The notes under the pieces: generated by a model
What the model saw: only the letters and a program-made list of their open reading frames with translations
What the model was told of the DNA's origin: nothing
Databases searched by the model: none
Assembly (NCBI GenBank): GCA_030167865.1
Contig: JALAGF010000495.1
Span: forward strand, 1 to 60,893
DNA length: 60,893 nucleotides
Reading direction: 5' to 3'
Source of the DNA: Craspedostauros australis
Taxonomy: Eukaryota
In this document: in pieces, positions 35,376 to 47,106 of the stretch
Layout: each line of letters starts with the position of its first letter
How positions within the stretch are numbered: position 1 is the first letter of the stretch
Translations under genes and position numbers: made by a program

Positions 35376-35987
35376 CCGCAGCAGCAGACACAGACACAGC
35401 CACAAACACACTCGCAACAACCGCAGGAAGAAGCTGACGCACCAACTGGACAGTACGCATTGCCATCAGGCCTTCCGCTCGCACCTGTCCACCTCACGTG
35501 CGGCTCCTTCGATGACCCGTACGAATATTTTGGCGACGCCGACTGCATCTTCGTGTTTTCCTCCGCCATGCCAACCGATCTCATGGTCACGCTGAGCAAT
35601 GCGATCGGCAGGCAATGCAAGCCCGGTTGCGTCGTCATCACGACGGAACACCCGCTCGTGCTGCAGGGCACCGTGCCTCCCTACGCCAACATCGCGTCCG
35701 GCCCCTACCGCCTGGAGCTCGTGGAAGAGCTGACGGGGCAGAATGGTTCGACGGGCGGCCGGTCGACCGCGTACGTGCACCGCGTCGTGGAATCGCTGTG
35801 GTTGGGCGAAGGTGTGCGACCGCAACGGCCCGTGCCGACCTTGGAAGACACCGCCTTCGATGTTGCGAAGCAGCATATGGATGGCACGCTCGGTGATGCG
35901 GAGCGCTTCGCACGTAACGTGCGCAACAATATGGTGCACAATGGCATCATGTGGGGACAGGATCGGGAACAGCAAGATCCATGGTAG
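34344..35987 (+). CDS. Class I SAM-dependent methyltransferase, DOT1-like, with a probable signal/plastid pre-sequence (~547 aa)
   Basis: LVYGEFD, FYDLGSGIGRLV, GIELL, DCIFVFSS and CKPGCVVIT. The N-terminus MRPLMCSSTMMWLLATPLL...VMA-FT is followed by an S/T/R-rich stretch. The 5' part of the 748-aa track ORF is non-ATG-initiated and is probably UTR or intergenic. Confidence 0.78.
35341..35375 (+). repeat. (TCA)n trinucleotide repeat encoding poly-Ser in the methyltransferase insertion
   Basis: Directly visible catcatcat... run of about 11 units. Confidence 0.9.
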
Positions 35988-36773
35988 AGAGGAGGGCCGA
36001 ATGGAGCATTTAGATTAGGAAGTTCAGTGATGCATCAGGTACGAGCATCACCCCAGAGTACTATACGTATTGTGCGACTATGTACCAATAAATGAGCCTG
36101 CTTGAAGTTCAGCAAGTTAAAGCCACTACTTTTCCTGTTCTTGGAGAAGGGATTGGTAACGATACCGTATTAGTACATATAATGGGTCGTATTGTAGAAG
36201 GCCGAACGCGAAAGGCAAGGAGCCACCTCGCTGCGACATCGTGTGACGAAAATGGACTAGCTGTGCTGATCGTAGACTCATCGTGTTGGGTCATCCTGGT
36301 CGAACCATGCTGGCGCCAACTCTCGCCTTGCCGGAATCGTCCACGGAATTGCCAATTTGGTGGCGAACACGATTCCACACACGCCACAAACTGAATGTCT
36401 CCAATGCGACATTTGAATTCAATCGGACTGGAGTGAAGTGTGGCGTGGTCCAGCATCTGCCAAGCGTCTGCCATTTCCCAGACGAGTGCAAACGAGAGTG
36501 GCGAAGTGATCAATCATTCATCCACCAGCGGCCTCGCTTGTGAAGTATAGCGAAACACTCTCCTCCGCTATACCATACTCTGTATTGTCATAGAGCCAGT
36601 ACTAGAGCCAGTACTAGTGCCAGTGCCAGTGCCATCGTCGCAGTCTCTCACGGCCAACAATCCCATCGAAGAACCAGGAAAGGACGGACCTGAACAAGGA
36701 CTCCTCTTCGCACAAACTGAATTGCAGAAGCAGAAGCAGCCAGACTCGGAAGTGCCGAGCAACGGATCGCACC

Positions 36774-38360
36774 ATGGCGACGCGCACCACACCGCTGACG
36801 AAGCGTCAGGTGATCGACGACGAGAAGTTCCAGGACATCGAGCTGAATCCGCTGATGGGCGGCAAGTCGGATGCCAATGCCAACGGAAGCAACGACATGC
36901 CCACTGCCACCAACATCGATCGTCAGGAGATGGAGCATCCCGAGGACTACGCCGATGAAGGAGGCGATGACTCCAACGAGAAATCGAGGGGAGATTCTGC
37001 TGCCACTGCTCTCATCAGCCAACCGCTGGTCGCGTGCGGGGCATACGCGTTCTGCAGCGTGTCCATGGTGCTCACCAACAAGAGTTTGGCATCCAGGTAC
37101 GTGTGCTACTCGTATCAGTGTGGCATACTCGTACATGTGTGGCATACTTGTACTTGTACTCCAGTACTCTAGTACTCTACACCACGCTGCTTCTTCATTG
37201 CAGGTCCATCGTTCTTTGGAGAGACTCCGTGGGGAGGAAAGAGTGATGGAGTTCACAATATCAGCGCACACTATTCTGTTGAATTGGCTGGCGCAAGACT
37301 GTGAGAATGCAAGCATTGAGGACGAGCTCACAATTCCAATCTCTTCACCACTGTACCTACCATATTATCCTCGATGTCATGCGATTCACCATGCGATGCA
37401 CCATGCTCTGCACTCCCACCATTCCATACCATACCATACCATACCATTCGCATATTGCATGGATATGTACTCGTACGCAACACAACGCAACGCATCGCAT
37501 TTGGTCCCATTGACACCTACGTGCATAATGAGCGCAGCTACAATCATCTCATTGAGGGAGATCTGAACCTGCTGTTGGTCGTATTTCAGGCCATCGTCGC
37601 CGTGGTTGCGGTGGAAGGATGCCGGAAAATGAAATGGGTAGAATACCCACCAGCCTCGTTGGATCTGATGAAGCAATGGGCGCCAGTCAACTTCTTCTTC
37701 TGCCTCATGCTCTTCACTGGAATGGGAAGTCTGGAGCACAACTCTGTGCCGATGGTCACGATATTCAAGAACGTCACCAACATGATCACATTCTTCGGCG
37801 ACTACATGTACTTCGACGCCAAGGCGGAGCCTCTCGTCCTCTTGGCATTCGGCGTCATGCTCTCCGGCGCCGTCGCTGCTGCATGGAACGACATATCCGT
37901 CGGCATCACGGGTCTCATGTGGATGGCGGCTAACTGCTTCAGCTGCGCCGCGTACGTCCTCTACATGAAGTACGCCACGAAGAACATCAAGGTGCCCAAA
38001 TTCGGCATGGTCTACCTCAACAACGTCCTCTGCGTTTGCTTCCTGCTCCCAGCGGCTCTCATCCGCGGTGAAGTCACCACCTTCCTGTCGAGTCAGGCCC
38101 TGCACACCTTCGATTACACCTCCAAGAACCTATTTGCGGGTCTCATCGGCTTCTTCCTCAATTTCGCATCCCTCAACTGCGTCTCCGCGACTGGTCCCAC
38201 GACGTACGCCATCGTCGGATCCATGAACAAGATCCCCGTGGCCATCATCGGGTACGTCATCTTTGACAGCAAGATAACTCCGGAGACTTGGATGTTCATC
38301 TCGGTCAGCATGGCGGGAGGCTTTCTGTATTCTTACGCCAAGCTGCGAGCGAAGAAGTAA
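36774..38360 (+). CDS. Golgi GDP-mannose (GDP-sugar) transporter, GONST/Vrg4-like (2 exons, ~381 aa)
   Basis: Exon 1 is 36774-37096 (YAFCSVSMVLTNK; donor GTACGT). Exon 2 is 37538-38360 (acceptor CGCAG, in frame). Multiple TM helices, SVPMVTIFKNVTN, and TGPTTYAIVGSMNKIP, a variant of the GALNK motif. Confidence 0.9.
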
Positions 38361-39052
38361 GCGGAATAGAGTGCAGTGCAATGAAATGAAGCGCGCCATG
38401 GGGGAGAGATACTCCCATGGTGCCATTCTTTCATATCAGGAGGCTGCTGTTGGCAAGATGCTAGGCCACCAAAGCAAAGACGCACTACCTTCAAATAAAT
38501 TGCTTCCTTCAACTATTCCATGGAACGTATCCGTAATTGTATCCTTGTGCTCGCATTCGGCGTCAGTTGAGTTTCGCATGAATTGAAAAAGGCGATGGAC
38601 TTTGCAAGGGGACGTAACTTGGCGCGATGATCCATCTATCATGAAACGTTCACGTCGCATGGTGCGCCTACAAGCGTTCACCCATGAGAAGAAGCGCGCA
38701 GCAAGACAAGCAACCTTGCAAACATGGTGGTTCCCCCTTTCTCTCCACTTGTCTGGTGACGTTTCAGGAGTTCCATTCCATCCCACTTCATTCCCAATCA
38801 TGAAACACACAGCATAATGGGACGAGACTGATATTCCATCGAATTGCATGGTCGAATGTGTTTGAGTAGCTAAAAGGATGTGTGTGTAGTTACGCATGCT
38901 TTCCCATAGTTGTCGTAAAAGTCGCGACTGCGTTTGTATTGCTGCCATTCTGCGGGATGGTCTGTCAGTGTCTGTATTTCTCTCAGAAGCAACAAGGCAC
39001 GGTGGTCAACACGAAATGATACCACGCGACGCAATACCGTCCGAATGTGCGT

Positions 39053-40600
39053 TTAGCGTCCACGCTTGAGGGACTTGGCGATCTCGGCGTACTCCTGGTA
39101 CAGGCGCTTGCGTCTCTTCTCTGGGAGCGGGTACTTGAATCCGTAGGAGGTGTAGTGTCCGGCGAGGACGTTGATTGCGGTGTAGAGAGTGGAGAAGCTT
39201 GGCTTACCCGCGACCTTTGGGAAGCGGCGGTAGTAGGATACGAAGTCGACCATCTCCTTCTTCATGTTCTTTCCGTAGTCCTCCATGCGCTCGGCTCCCT
39301 TTCCGAGGGTGGTGGCGAGGTACATGTGCTCGCGGACCTTGGCGGCGTCCTCGTCGTACTTGAATGTGAGGCCCCAGTTGTCTGGGAATGGGTAGGTGGT
39401 GACCTGCGATGGGACCTCGACGGCGGCGGAGGCGATCTGTGGCAATCCCAGGATGGCAGCGGCGGTGGTGGCGGCGACGGACTTGACGAAGTTGCGGCGT
39501 CCGGCCTCCAGCTGCGTGCTGGAAGTGGCTGGTTGCTGTTGGAATCAAATGCGTAGTGCAGAGCAATATGATGCAATGCATTTCGTCATGCAGGACGTAG
39601 GGGAGTTAATCACGACATCGGCAGTAGTGCATTTTTGATTGCATCGCATCCCATTCCAGTTGAATTCGTCGCGGTTGATTGGTTCAAGTAGATGCGGTTG
39701 TGCATTTGTATCCATTCAAGTGTGTATGCAGACATTCGGCCGGTTTCAAATGAATGGATTGATGGAATGGATGTATCGAAGCATACAGGTTGGAGTCATG
39801 GCCGTTTCCAAGTCGAATGAGGAGGGCGGTTACCGCGATGAGAAAATCGATGGGCCATCAGGAATTGTGATGACGTAAAAGATGGGAGGAAGTTGAATTC
39901 GTGAGTGGAGAAAGATCGGAACTTCCAGGTGAGATTTTGAACGAGAATTGTTGGTGGCAACGCTTGACCATGGTCATGCAGCAGTGTAGACACCTGGTGT
40001 GAATGTTGGTTTCACGCAATGCATTCCGCAACCTGCGATCCAAACTCTTGGAGAGGCTGATTCTGTTGACAGTGGCCATCCCATCTTGTGTCGTGGTTGC
40101 TCCGTTGCATGGGTTCAGCAAGATGGTGATTGCAATCGGGAGCACCGATCAACAGCCTTGTCTTGCACAGAGCATGCACTTCACTGCACTTCACTGTTCT
40201 GTGCTAATGCGTGGGATTGGCATCAACAAAGCTCGCTTTTGTACGCCTTTTTGAGCAGAGCAGTAGGCTGATTGAAAGATGAACCGCTTGGATCCGTCAT
40301 CTTGCGATCGTTCCGAACCGGCGTATCTATCCAACCCAGCTGCTGATGCCAAATGGACGACTCCGTTCGTGGTGATGGCCTCGGTTGATGATCGACGATT
40401 GACTGTGATGGCTGGGTTGAGGCTGCGATACCATCTCGCAGGGCGTGACTTTTGCTTCACATCGTGGATCCCTCTTCGTTGGATTCCATTTCCATTGCCT
40501 TGTTTGTTGGGCACTGGAGACTTACATTTGGCACCTGCATTGGGGAGAAGGCGCTGGCCACAGCCATGGTGGCGGCGAGGATCAGGCTAGTCTTAACCAT
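39053..40600 (-). CDS. psb27: Photosystem II assembly factor Psb27 (2 exons, ~185 aa), thylakoid-lumen targeted
   Basis: Exon 1 is 40600-40526 (MVKTSLILAATMAVASA-FSPMQVPN; donor GTAAGT; missing from the ORF track). Exon 2 is 39535-39053, with Tat motif RRNFVK...ASA and Psb27 core FVSYYRR..VAGKPSFSTLYTAINVLAGHYTSYG..PLPEKRRKRL..RGR. Confidence 0.93.
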
Positions 40601-41498
40601 CTTGTCTTTAATTGTCTGTCTTGGATTGGTACTGTGATGTCGCTTGGTTCGTCGTGAATCGGTGGCAACGATTATTGTGTGAGTTGTGTCGTGACCGACA
40701 ATCGTGTTCGGCTCTGCTGAAACGAAGGCGCTGATGATGTTGCTGAGGCAGATCTCGCTTGGTTACGGGATGCGAATGACGGTAGTGCTCTGTGATGGCA
40801 TGGCATCAGGCAGCTCTGCTGATGCGATCCGCTTGCTCATCATCACTGCACCATCAGCAGCAATCGTTCCGATCAACATCGCGTGCTGATGGATGTCCGA
40901 TGACACAGATACATCCAGGTGCGTTTTGGTTGGGTTGATTTTAGGATCTTCAGTGACGTGTCATCGTCAGCTCCTTCGAGTCGATGGACAACACGATTTG
41001 GTCAGTCTGTCTTCCGTGTTCTCCTTTTCAGCCAATGAACAATGGATCGTGATTGAAGCCGTCACGGGATCGACTGATGGGTGTCATCCAATGTGCGGAG
41101 AAAGCAGGCATCGCCACAGCGCGCCTTCGCGACTCATTCCATCTCATCTCATCACGTCCACCACATCACGTCACACCAACAGGCAAGCTCGTTGTTGTTG
41201 TCGTTGTCGTTGGCAGCTGCATCATCGTCACCCTCCACTATTCGTCGAGCCACGGTATCTATAACACTCTACATCTGCCATACTCGTGCATAGCCGTTCC
41301 TCAGCATTGCGCTTGGGATCATCTGCAACACTACCCCGAAACTTGCACCGAAGAAAACACGCTTTCAAGCTGAAGGCATCGATTGTCGCATCCAGCGGCG
41401 GATGACCAATGATGCTGGATATCCGTACGCTCACCTCTCCTCTCACCATGACGTTGTTTCTGTTGACGACCCGTTCGAGGTTTCAGACGCCCGCCACG

Positions 41499-42902
41499 AT
41501 GGCCCGAGCATTCGCAACGGCGGTGGCCGTGACAGGATGCATGCCGTTGGCATCGGCCTTCGTCCTTCCAATACCAACTCGACGTCAGCCGATCACCATC
41601 CACAGAAGAACATTTCGACGCGCGAAACATGGCAGAAGCAACCGCGAGCCACCACCTCCACCCCCGCCACCACCGTCGCCCGATCAGTTCCCTGCCTGGT
41701 CGTACGAACCTAGGGATTTCTTCCGCTTTGAGATCCTGCATCAATCCTCCAAGAGCCAGGCACGCGTGGGACGCATCCACACGCCTCACGGCACCATCGA
41801 CACACCTGGCTACGTCGCGGTGGCGACCAACGCGGCCTTGAAGGGGGTCGACTTCCGCAGCGCCGATGATGCCAATCAGCAGCTCATCTTTGCCAACACC
41901 TACCATCTCCTCGTGCATCCCGGCGCCGATATCATCAAAGAGGCCGGGGGCATCCACAAATTCACCAACCGCCACCGCCCCTTCATCACGGATTCGGGTG
42001 GATTCCAGGTCTTCTCCTTGGCCTACGGCAGCGTGCACGAGGAGCTGTCGTCGAAAGGCGAGCTCAAACGCGCCAAACGCGGCCCCAAATCCTCCGATAA
42101 GAACAGCCACGCCACCGACAAGAATGCCGTCAAGGTCACCGAGAACGGGGCGCTGTTCCGCAGCTACCGCGACGGGGCGAAATTCCTCCTCACGCCCGAG
42201 AGCACGGTGCAGGCGCAGAAATCCATCGGCGCCGACATCATCATCCCGCTCGACGAGCTGCCGCCCTACCATATCGATCGCAACGTTTTGTCGGAGTCCG
42301 TCGACCGGTCGCATCGATGGGAGGCCCGATCGTTGCAGGAGCATCTGCGCGACGTGCAGAACCAGGCCATGTTCTGCGTTGTGCACGGCGGCATCGACAA
42401 GGAGCTGCGCACGAAGAGCGTGGAGTACCTCACGTCGTTGCCGTTTGATGGATACGCCATCGGCGGATCGCTGGGCAACGGCCGCGAGGAGCTCAAGGAT
42501 CTGCTGACGTGGATGATGCCGCTGTTCGACGAGGGCCCGCGCCGTACGAAACCGAGACACCTGCTGGGCATCGCGGACGAGGAGAGCATCCGCAATGCCG
42601 TGGCGCGCGGCATCGACACGCTGGATTCGTGCTATCCCACCCGCATCGCGCGGCACGGCTCGATCCTCACGAAGGAGGGAACCATCAAGATCAAGTCGGG
42701 ACGATACGCGCGGTCCTTCGGCGAGAAGCTGGATGAGGGATGCGAGTGTCACACGTGCCAGCATTACGACCGATCGTATCTGTGGCATCTCTTCAAGGCG
42801 AATGAGCCAATCGCGACGACGCTCGCGGCGCAGCACAACATCCACTACATGAACGATCTCATGGCGGATATTCGGCAGGATATCATGGATGACAAGATAT
42901 AG
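41499..42902 (+). CDS. tgt: Queuine tRNA-ribosyltransferase (TGT), bacterial/chlamydial type, probably plastid-targeted
   Basis: ARVGRIHTPHGTIDTP, ANTYHL, TDSGGFQVFSL, LDSCYPTR, and zinc site CECHTC...HN. Pre-sequence ...MPLASA-FVLP. In-frame upstream ATGs from 41409 make the exact start uncertain. Confidence 0.93.
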   Translation: MARAFATAVAVTGCMPLASAFVLPIPTRRQPITIHRRTFRRAKHGRSNREPPPPPPPPPSPDQFPAWSYEPRDFFRFEILHQSSKSQARVGRIHTPHGTIDTPGYVAVATNAALKGVDFRSADDANQQLIFANTYHLLVHPGADIIKEAGGIHKFTNRHRPFITDSGGFQVFSLAYGSVHEELSSKGELKRAKRGPKSSDKNSHATDKNAVKVTENGALFRSYRDGAKFLLTPESTVQAQKSIGADIIIPLDELPPYHIDRNVLSESVDRSHRWEARSLQEHLRDVQNQAMFCVVHGGIDKELRTKSVEYLTSLPFDGYAIGGSLGNGREELKDLLTWMMPLFDEGPRRTKPRHLLGIADEESIRNAVARGIDTLDSCYPTRIARHGSILTKEGTIKIKSGRYARSFGEKLDEGCECHTCQHYDRSYLWHLFKANEPIATTLAAQHNIHYMNDLMADIRQDIMDDKI

Positions 42903-43814
42903 AAGATGATAATGATAGCTGATGGCGCTACATCAGCAGCTGATACTGGGCTTCACTGGTTCATGATTGGTCCCACGCAGCAATGACAACGCCGATGGTG
43001 ATGGTGTCGGCGACACTTCGACATCATGCTCCTGCCCGGGTCATGTTTGCCTGGATGCCTACATCGCACGATCTATTATACCAGTCACGCACTTGTTTGC
43101 AGGAAGGATAAATGAATTGCCCTGAAATCAGTCACCAACTGGTAGCACGAATCACTGAAGTTTGGTATTGCGTGATACTCGGCGACATCACTTTTCGATC
43201 TCGCAATCCAAATGGAGGCACAACCGCCATGAAAGAGATGATCAGAACTGAGCATGCAAAATGGGAAGGCGCGAAAATGGGGGGATTGGTTCCTGCTCTG
43301 TGCTTGATTTTGCGAAATGTGATGAACAATTCGCACACGCAGATGTCCCTAGCAATACCCAATCATCACTATGACTCACACGTATAAAAATGGAGCTGAA
43401 ACGTGTTTAACGCTGGGGACACTGTATTCACCGGCTATGTCCTCACGCATCGTCTCTGCACAAAACAAATGTCGCTGTTCTCAGCTCATGCAAAAATGCA
43501 CAGAGCAACGACATCCTGGAACGACACGCCTCTGCGGTCGTGCAAGAGAGAAGGCACAAAATGCCTCCAGCTTTGCGAACGAGGCTTCACTCCTTCTCCG
43601 TTCATTGGTTGATCGTGTTGTATGGAGATCACACAACCCACGCGCAGAGAGTATCGTACCAAAAGTTGCATGTCGCCTCTGCGAGCAACAAGGGCAAGCA
43701 CCACATCCTCTGCGAACTACCAACACTCGATTGTCATAAAGCAACAACAAGCACAAGTCACAAAGCAGACAATCGAACAACCAGACAATCAAAGAAGCGA
43801 CAGCAATCGGTGAG

Positions 43815-44756
43815 ATGGCGGGAGGCAGTAACAGCAACAGCAGAAGTAACGGCAACAGCCGCAAAGGCATCAAGAGCCGAACAGACAGGAACAAAGGCAA
43901 AGGCAAGGGCAAGGACAACAAGGGCAAGGGAAACAAGGCCAACAAGGGCAAGGACAACAGCAGCGAGAGCAACAGAGAAGGCAAGGTGCTGGTGCACAAG
44001 AACTTGGAAGAGTACAACAGCTTCACCAGCAACCTCGTGGACTCTGTGATGGACGACATCATGCACAGCTCCTTCAACACCACCTTCGACCTCCCCACGC
44101 AGGCTCGATCGTTGGATGCAAGCACTCACTCCTGCGAAGCATCGCCCAGCAGCATTGCTCCCAGAAGCCACGACAAGATCTCCCACGCGCAGCAACGATG
44201 CATTCCATCCTCCAAGTCACCGCGCTCCAGAAGGAACAAGGTGATGGCCATGCCGCCGGCCATGCCGGATCTGCTCGAGGATTCCGCCACGACGCAACCC
44301 AAGACCCGCAGTCGAAGCAAGAGCCGCCGTCGCCAGAAGAACACCAGAAGTCTGTCCAGAAAGAAGAGAAACAAATCGAAGAACAGGCGCAAGCAGGACA
44401 CGGCAGATGCGTACGTCGACGATCTGCCCCAAAGCCGCAGAATGGCGCTGATCAACTCGCCTCGTTCGCTGTCGCCGCGACCGAATCACCACAAGCGCAG
44501 CGACGAGGCACGCCGGCGCAAGGAACAGATGGAGCGGTTGCAGCTCAGCCCACCCCGCACCACGCAATATGTGACCAGCCGGCGGTGGCGCGAAGTGGCC
44601 AAGAAGCATCATCATCAGCAAGCCCATTCTTCTGCGCAGCCGTTTGAAGAAGACGTTGCGCCAGTACAGCGGCGCGGTGCCATCGTCAACCAACTCAGCC
44701 AATACGACGTTGCGGCGCCGCGAAGAGATCATGACATTGAGGATTGGATTCGATGA
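43815..44756 (+). CDS. Hypothetical basic, low-complexity (K/R/S/N-rich) protein, 313 aa
   Basis: ATG-initiated 313-codon ORF with a coding-like codon pattern. No recognised domain. Confidence 0.6.
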   Translation: MAGGSNSNSRSNGNSRKGIKSRTDRNKGKGKGKDNKGKGNKANKGKDNSSESNREGKVLVHKNLEEYNSFTSNLVDSVMDDIMHSSFNTTFDLPTQARSLDASTHSCEASPSSIAPRSHDKISHAQQRCIPSSKSPRSRRNKVMAMPPAMPDLLEDSATTQPKTRSRSKSRRRQKNTRSLSRKKRNKSKNRRKQDTADAYVDDLPQSRRMALINSPRSLSPRPNHHKRSDEARRRKEQMERLQLSPPRTTQYVTSRRWREVAKKHHHQQAHSSAQPFEEDVAPVQRRGAIVNQLSQYDVAAPRRDHDIEDWIR

Positions 44757-47106
44757 ATCAATCTACACGACGCAGCACGCTGCCAAACGAATACAGTATT
44801 ACAAAGCGTGTTGGGATGCCCCAATCATGAGGGGCAGGATGGTCATGACGATGATAGAGAAACAATGACCAGCGAAAAGGGAGCGCGGACTCTCCAAAGA
44901 GGACCCGACAAGCAACAATTGCATTGCGAATTGAAGTTGATTAGATCGATTTCAATTCAGGACATGCACTCTGCGCTTCATATTAGCGTCGCGCACATCA
45001 CACACACACACACACACACACAGGTAACACGCGTAGAAATAACATCATAGAGTAGAACAGAGCATATACACCACATCACGAGTACACTGGAGCGTCGGAC
45101 AGGAACAGTGATCGAACTAGAGCAGAGCAGTGAATGAACATAACAACATCACACGCACAGATACAGTTTGCACCCGTACCATACGCGAAAGTGCACTGCT
45201 CCTCAAAGCGGGTTGGCGTACTCGCAGTGCACATGACTGGAGCGTGGCCGGCCACATACTCTATTCATCTATGATATGAGTGGATGCAACATCGCGCGCT
45301 TGCTCCCGATCACCTGCTTCTGTCCTCAACCATCTACGCTCTGCACATCACATAGTCAGATAGAAGAAATAGCAAATGGCACGTGATGATGACACAATAG
45401 TGAGATATGATGTATCGCCGTTATGACTCGTATGATTCCAATAGAAGAAGCATAGAATGCGTTCCGACGGGCAAGGTGTATGCTGCAGAGCAGCGAGAGC
45501 ACCGCCCATCATGGTAACCAGCCTTAAGGACGGCGAGGATTGGGTCTCCCGCCTGAGCATGGGCAAAACGCCCATGTTGATCCCAGGACGAGATGAAGCG
45601 TTCCTGTACCAGGGTGTCTGGGCTCATCAAACACTGCGAGTGAGGATGGAAACTGTACGCGCGCAGGTGTCGGTCACATTGCTGTGGCGACATGGTCTGC
45701 ACGCATCTCCGATCCTCGAATGATGCGCTATTTTTCCCTGGATTGCTTGTCTGTTGCCGATGCGAGCAGAATAGAACAGAGTGGAGTGATGCAAATTGAT
45801 GCGCATGATGGGAGCTTTCTTACCTTCTAGAAGACAACCAGACCCGGTCGCGTGAGAGTTGCTTTCGCACATGCTTGGAAGCTCGACCATGTTCAAGAAC
45901 GGCTGTCGATCATCGTCAGGCATCCAGCAGGATGAGATGGAGCAGGATGCGTGTGTGCGTGCGTCGGGGGATCATGTCACGTTGGTTGTCTCCAAAACGA
46001 AAGTATGTGGGATCTGCAACGATCGGTACGAGATGCTCTGCCACCGACACACACACAGAGGCGCCCTGTTGATTTGCTTGTTTTGATGTCTCCATCATTT
46101 GGGTGGTTGTGGGCTACCAAACAAGTTGCTCGTTGATCATCGCGGGATCCAGAACTCGTGAAACAATATGGGACACTCTTGTTGTCAATTGCAAATACGA
46201 TTTTCGACTCCAATGACTACAAAAATGAACAGAAATAGCAGTCATCTTTGTGGTTTCACAACAATGGACAGGTCATGGAACAAGCCCAGAACATGTCGAA
46301 ATCGCGTGGTTTGGTGTTCGGCAAGGAGGCCCAACGCGACAGGAACAACACAGAAGAAGAAGCGCAACCATTTCGCCCCATTCACACAAACCAGCAACAG
46401 TGTTGCCAATGCATTGGCATTATCCACACTCCGTCCTTCACCTCCTTTGTTCCGAAACTTAACACCGGATAACGAGGCGCACCAGAGAACCGTAATCAGT
46501 CAGTCGTGGTGATCAGTGATGGAGCGAGCTGTGGCGGAGGAAGCACCACAACAAGAAAGGAAGGATCTTTGCTGGTTCGCAAAGCAGAAACATGAGGGAT
46601 GTCAAGATGACCTATTTGTTCCGATCCCGTGCGTGACCTTCACTGTTGGGGATGGTGTTGGCGTGATGTGATGGCAATGATGGTTCCTGGCGAACATTTC
46701 CACTCGTGTCATGAAGACGCCGTGCGACGTCGCCGACTTCTCCTGGACCAGACGTGACAAATCAATCGCCGACATGTCCACAACTTACATCTTGTTTCAC
46801 CACTACCTGCGAGCAAGAGTGGAACCAGGAGTGCGAGTACAAGGCCATACTACCAATACACGCATACTCGAAGGAGATACTGGCCGAACAGGCGAGGGCA
46901 AGCCAACCACTTCATTCTTTGGGCCAAACTTGCCATGAGGGCAACCGACATCCATCTCCTCCACAACAGAATACTCGTCAAGTACGAGAGATCAAGAGAA
47001 CGGCATTTCATGTGGACATAAAACCAAACCGGAATCAATCTCAATACCAGCACCAATACCAATACCAACAACAATACCAACAACAATACCAACGCCAACA
47101 CGCACA

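Noticed and set aside
41331-42845. 504-aa minus-strand ORF
   Set aside because: Antisense shadow of the GC3-rich tgt gene, with no motifs of its own.
45191-45232. 9-bp perfect inverted repeat GTGCACTGC...GCAGTGCAC as a possible ncRNA or SECIS hairpin
   Set aside because: Short enough to arise by chance; no tRNA, snoRNA or SECIS consensus, and no selenoprotein candidate upstream.
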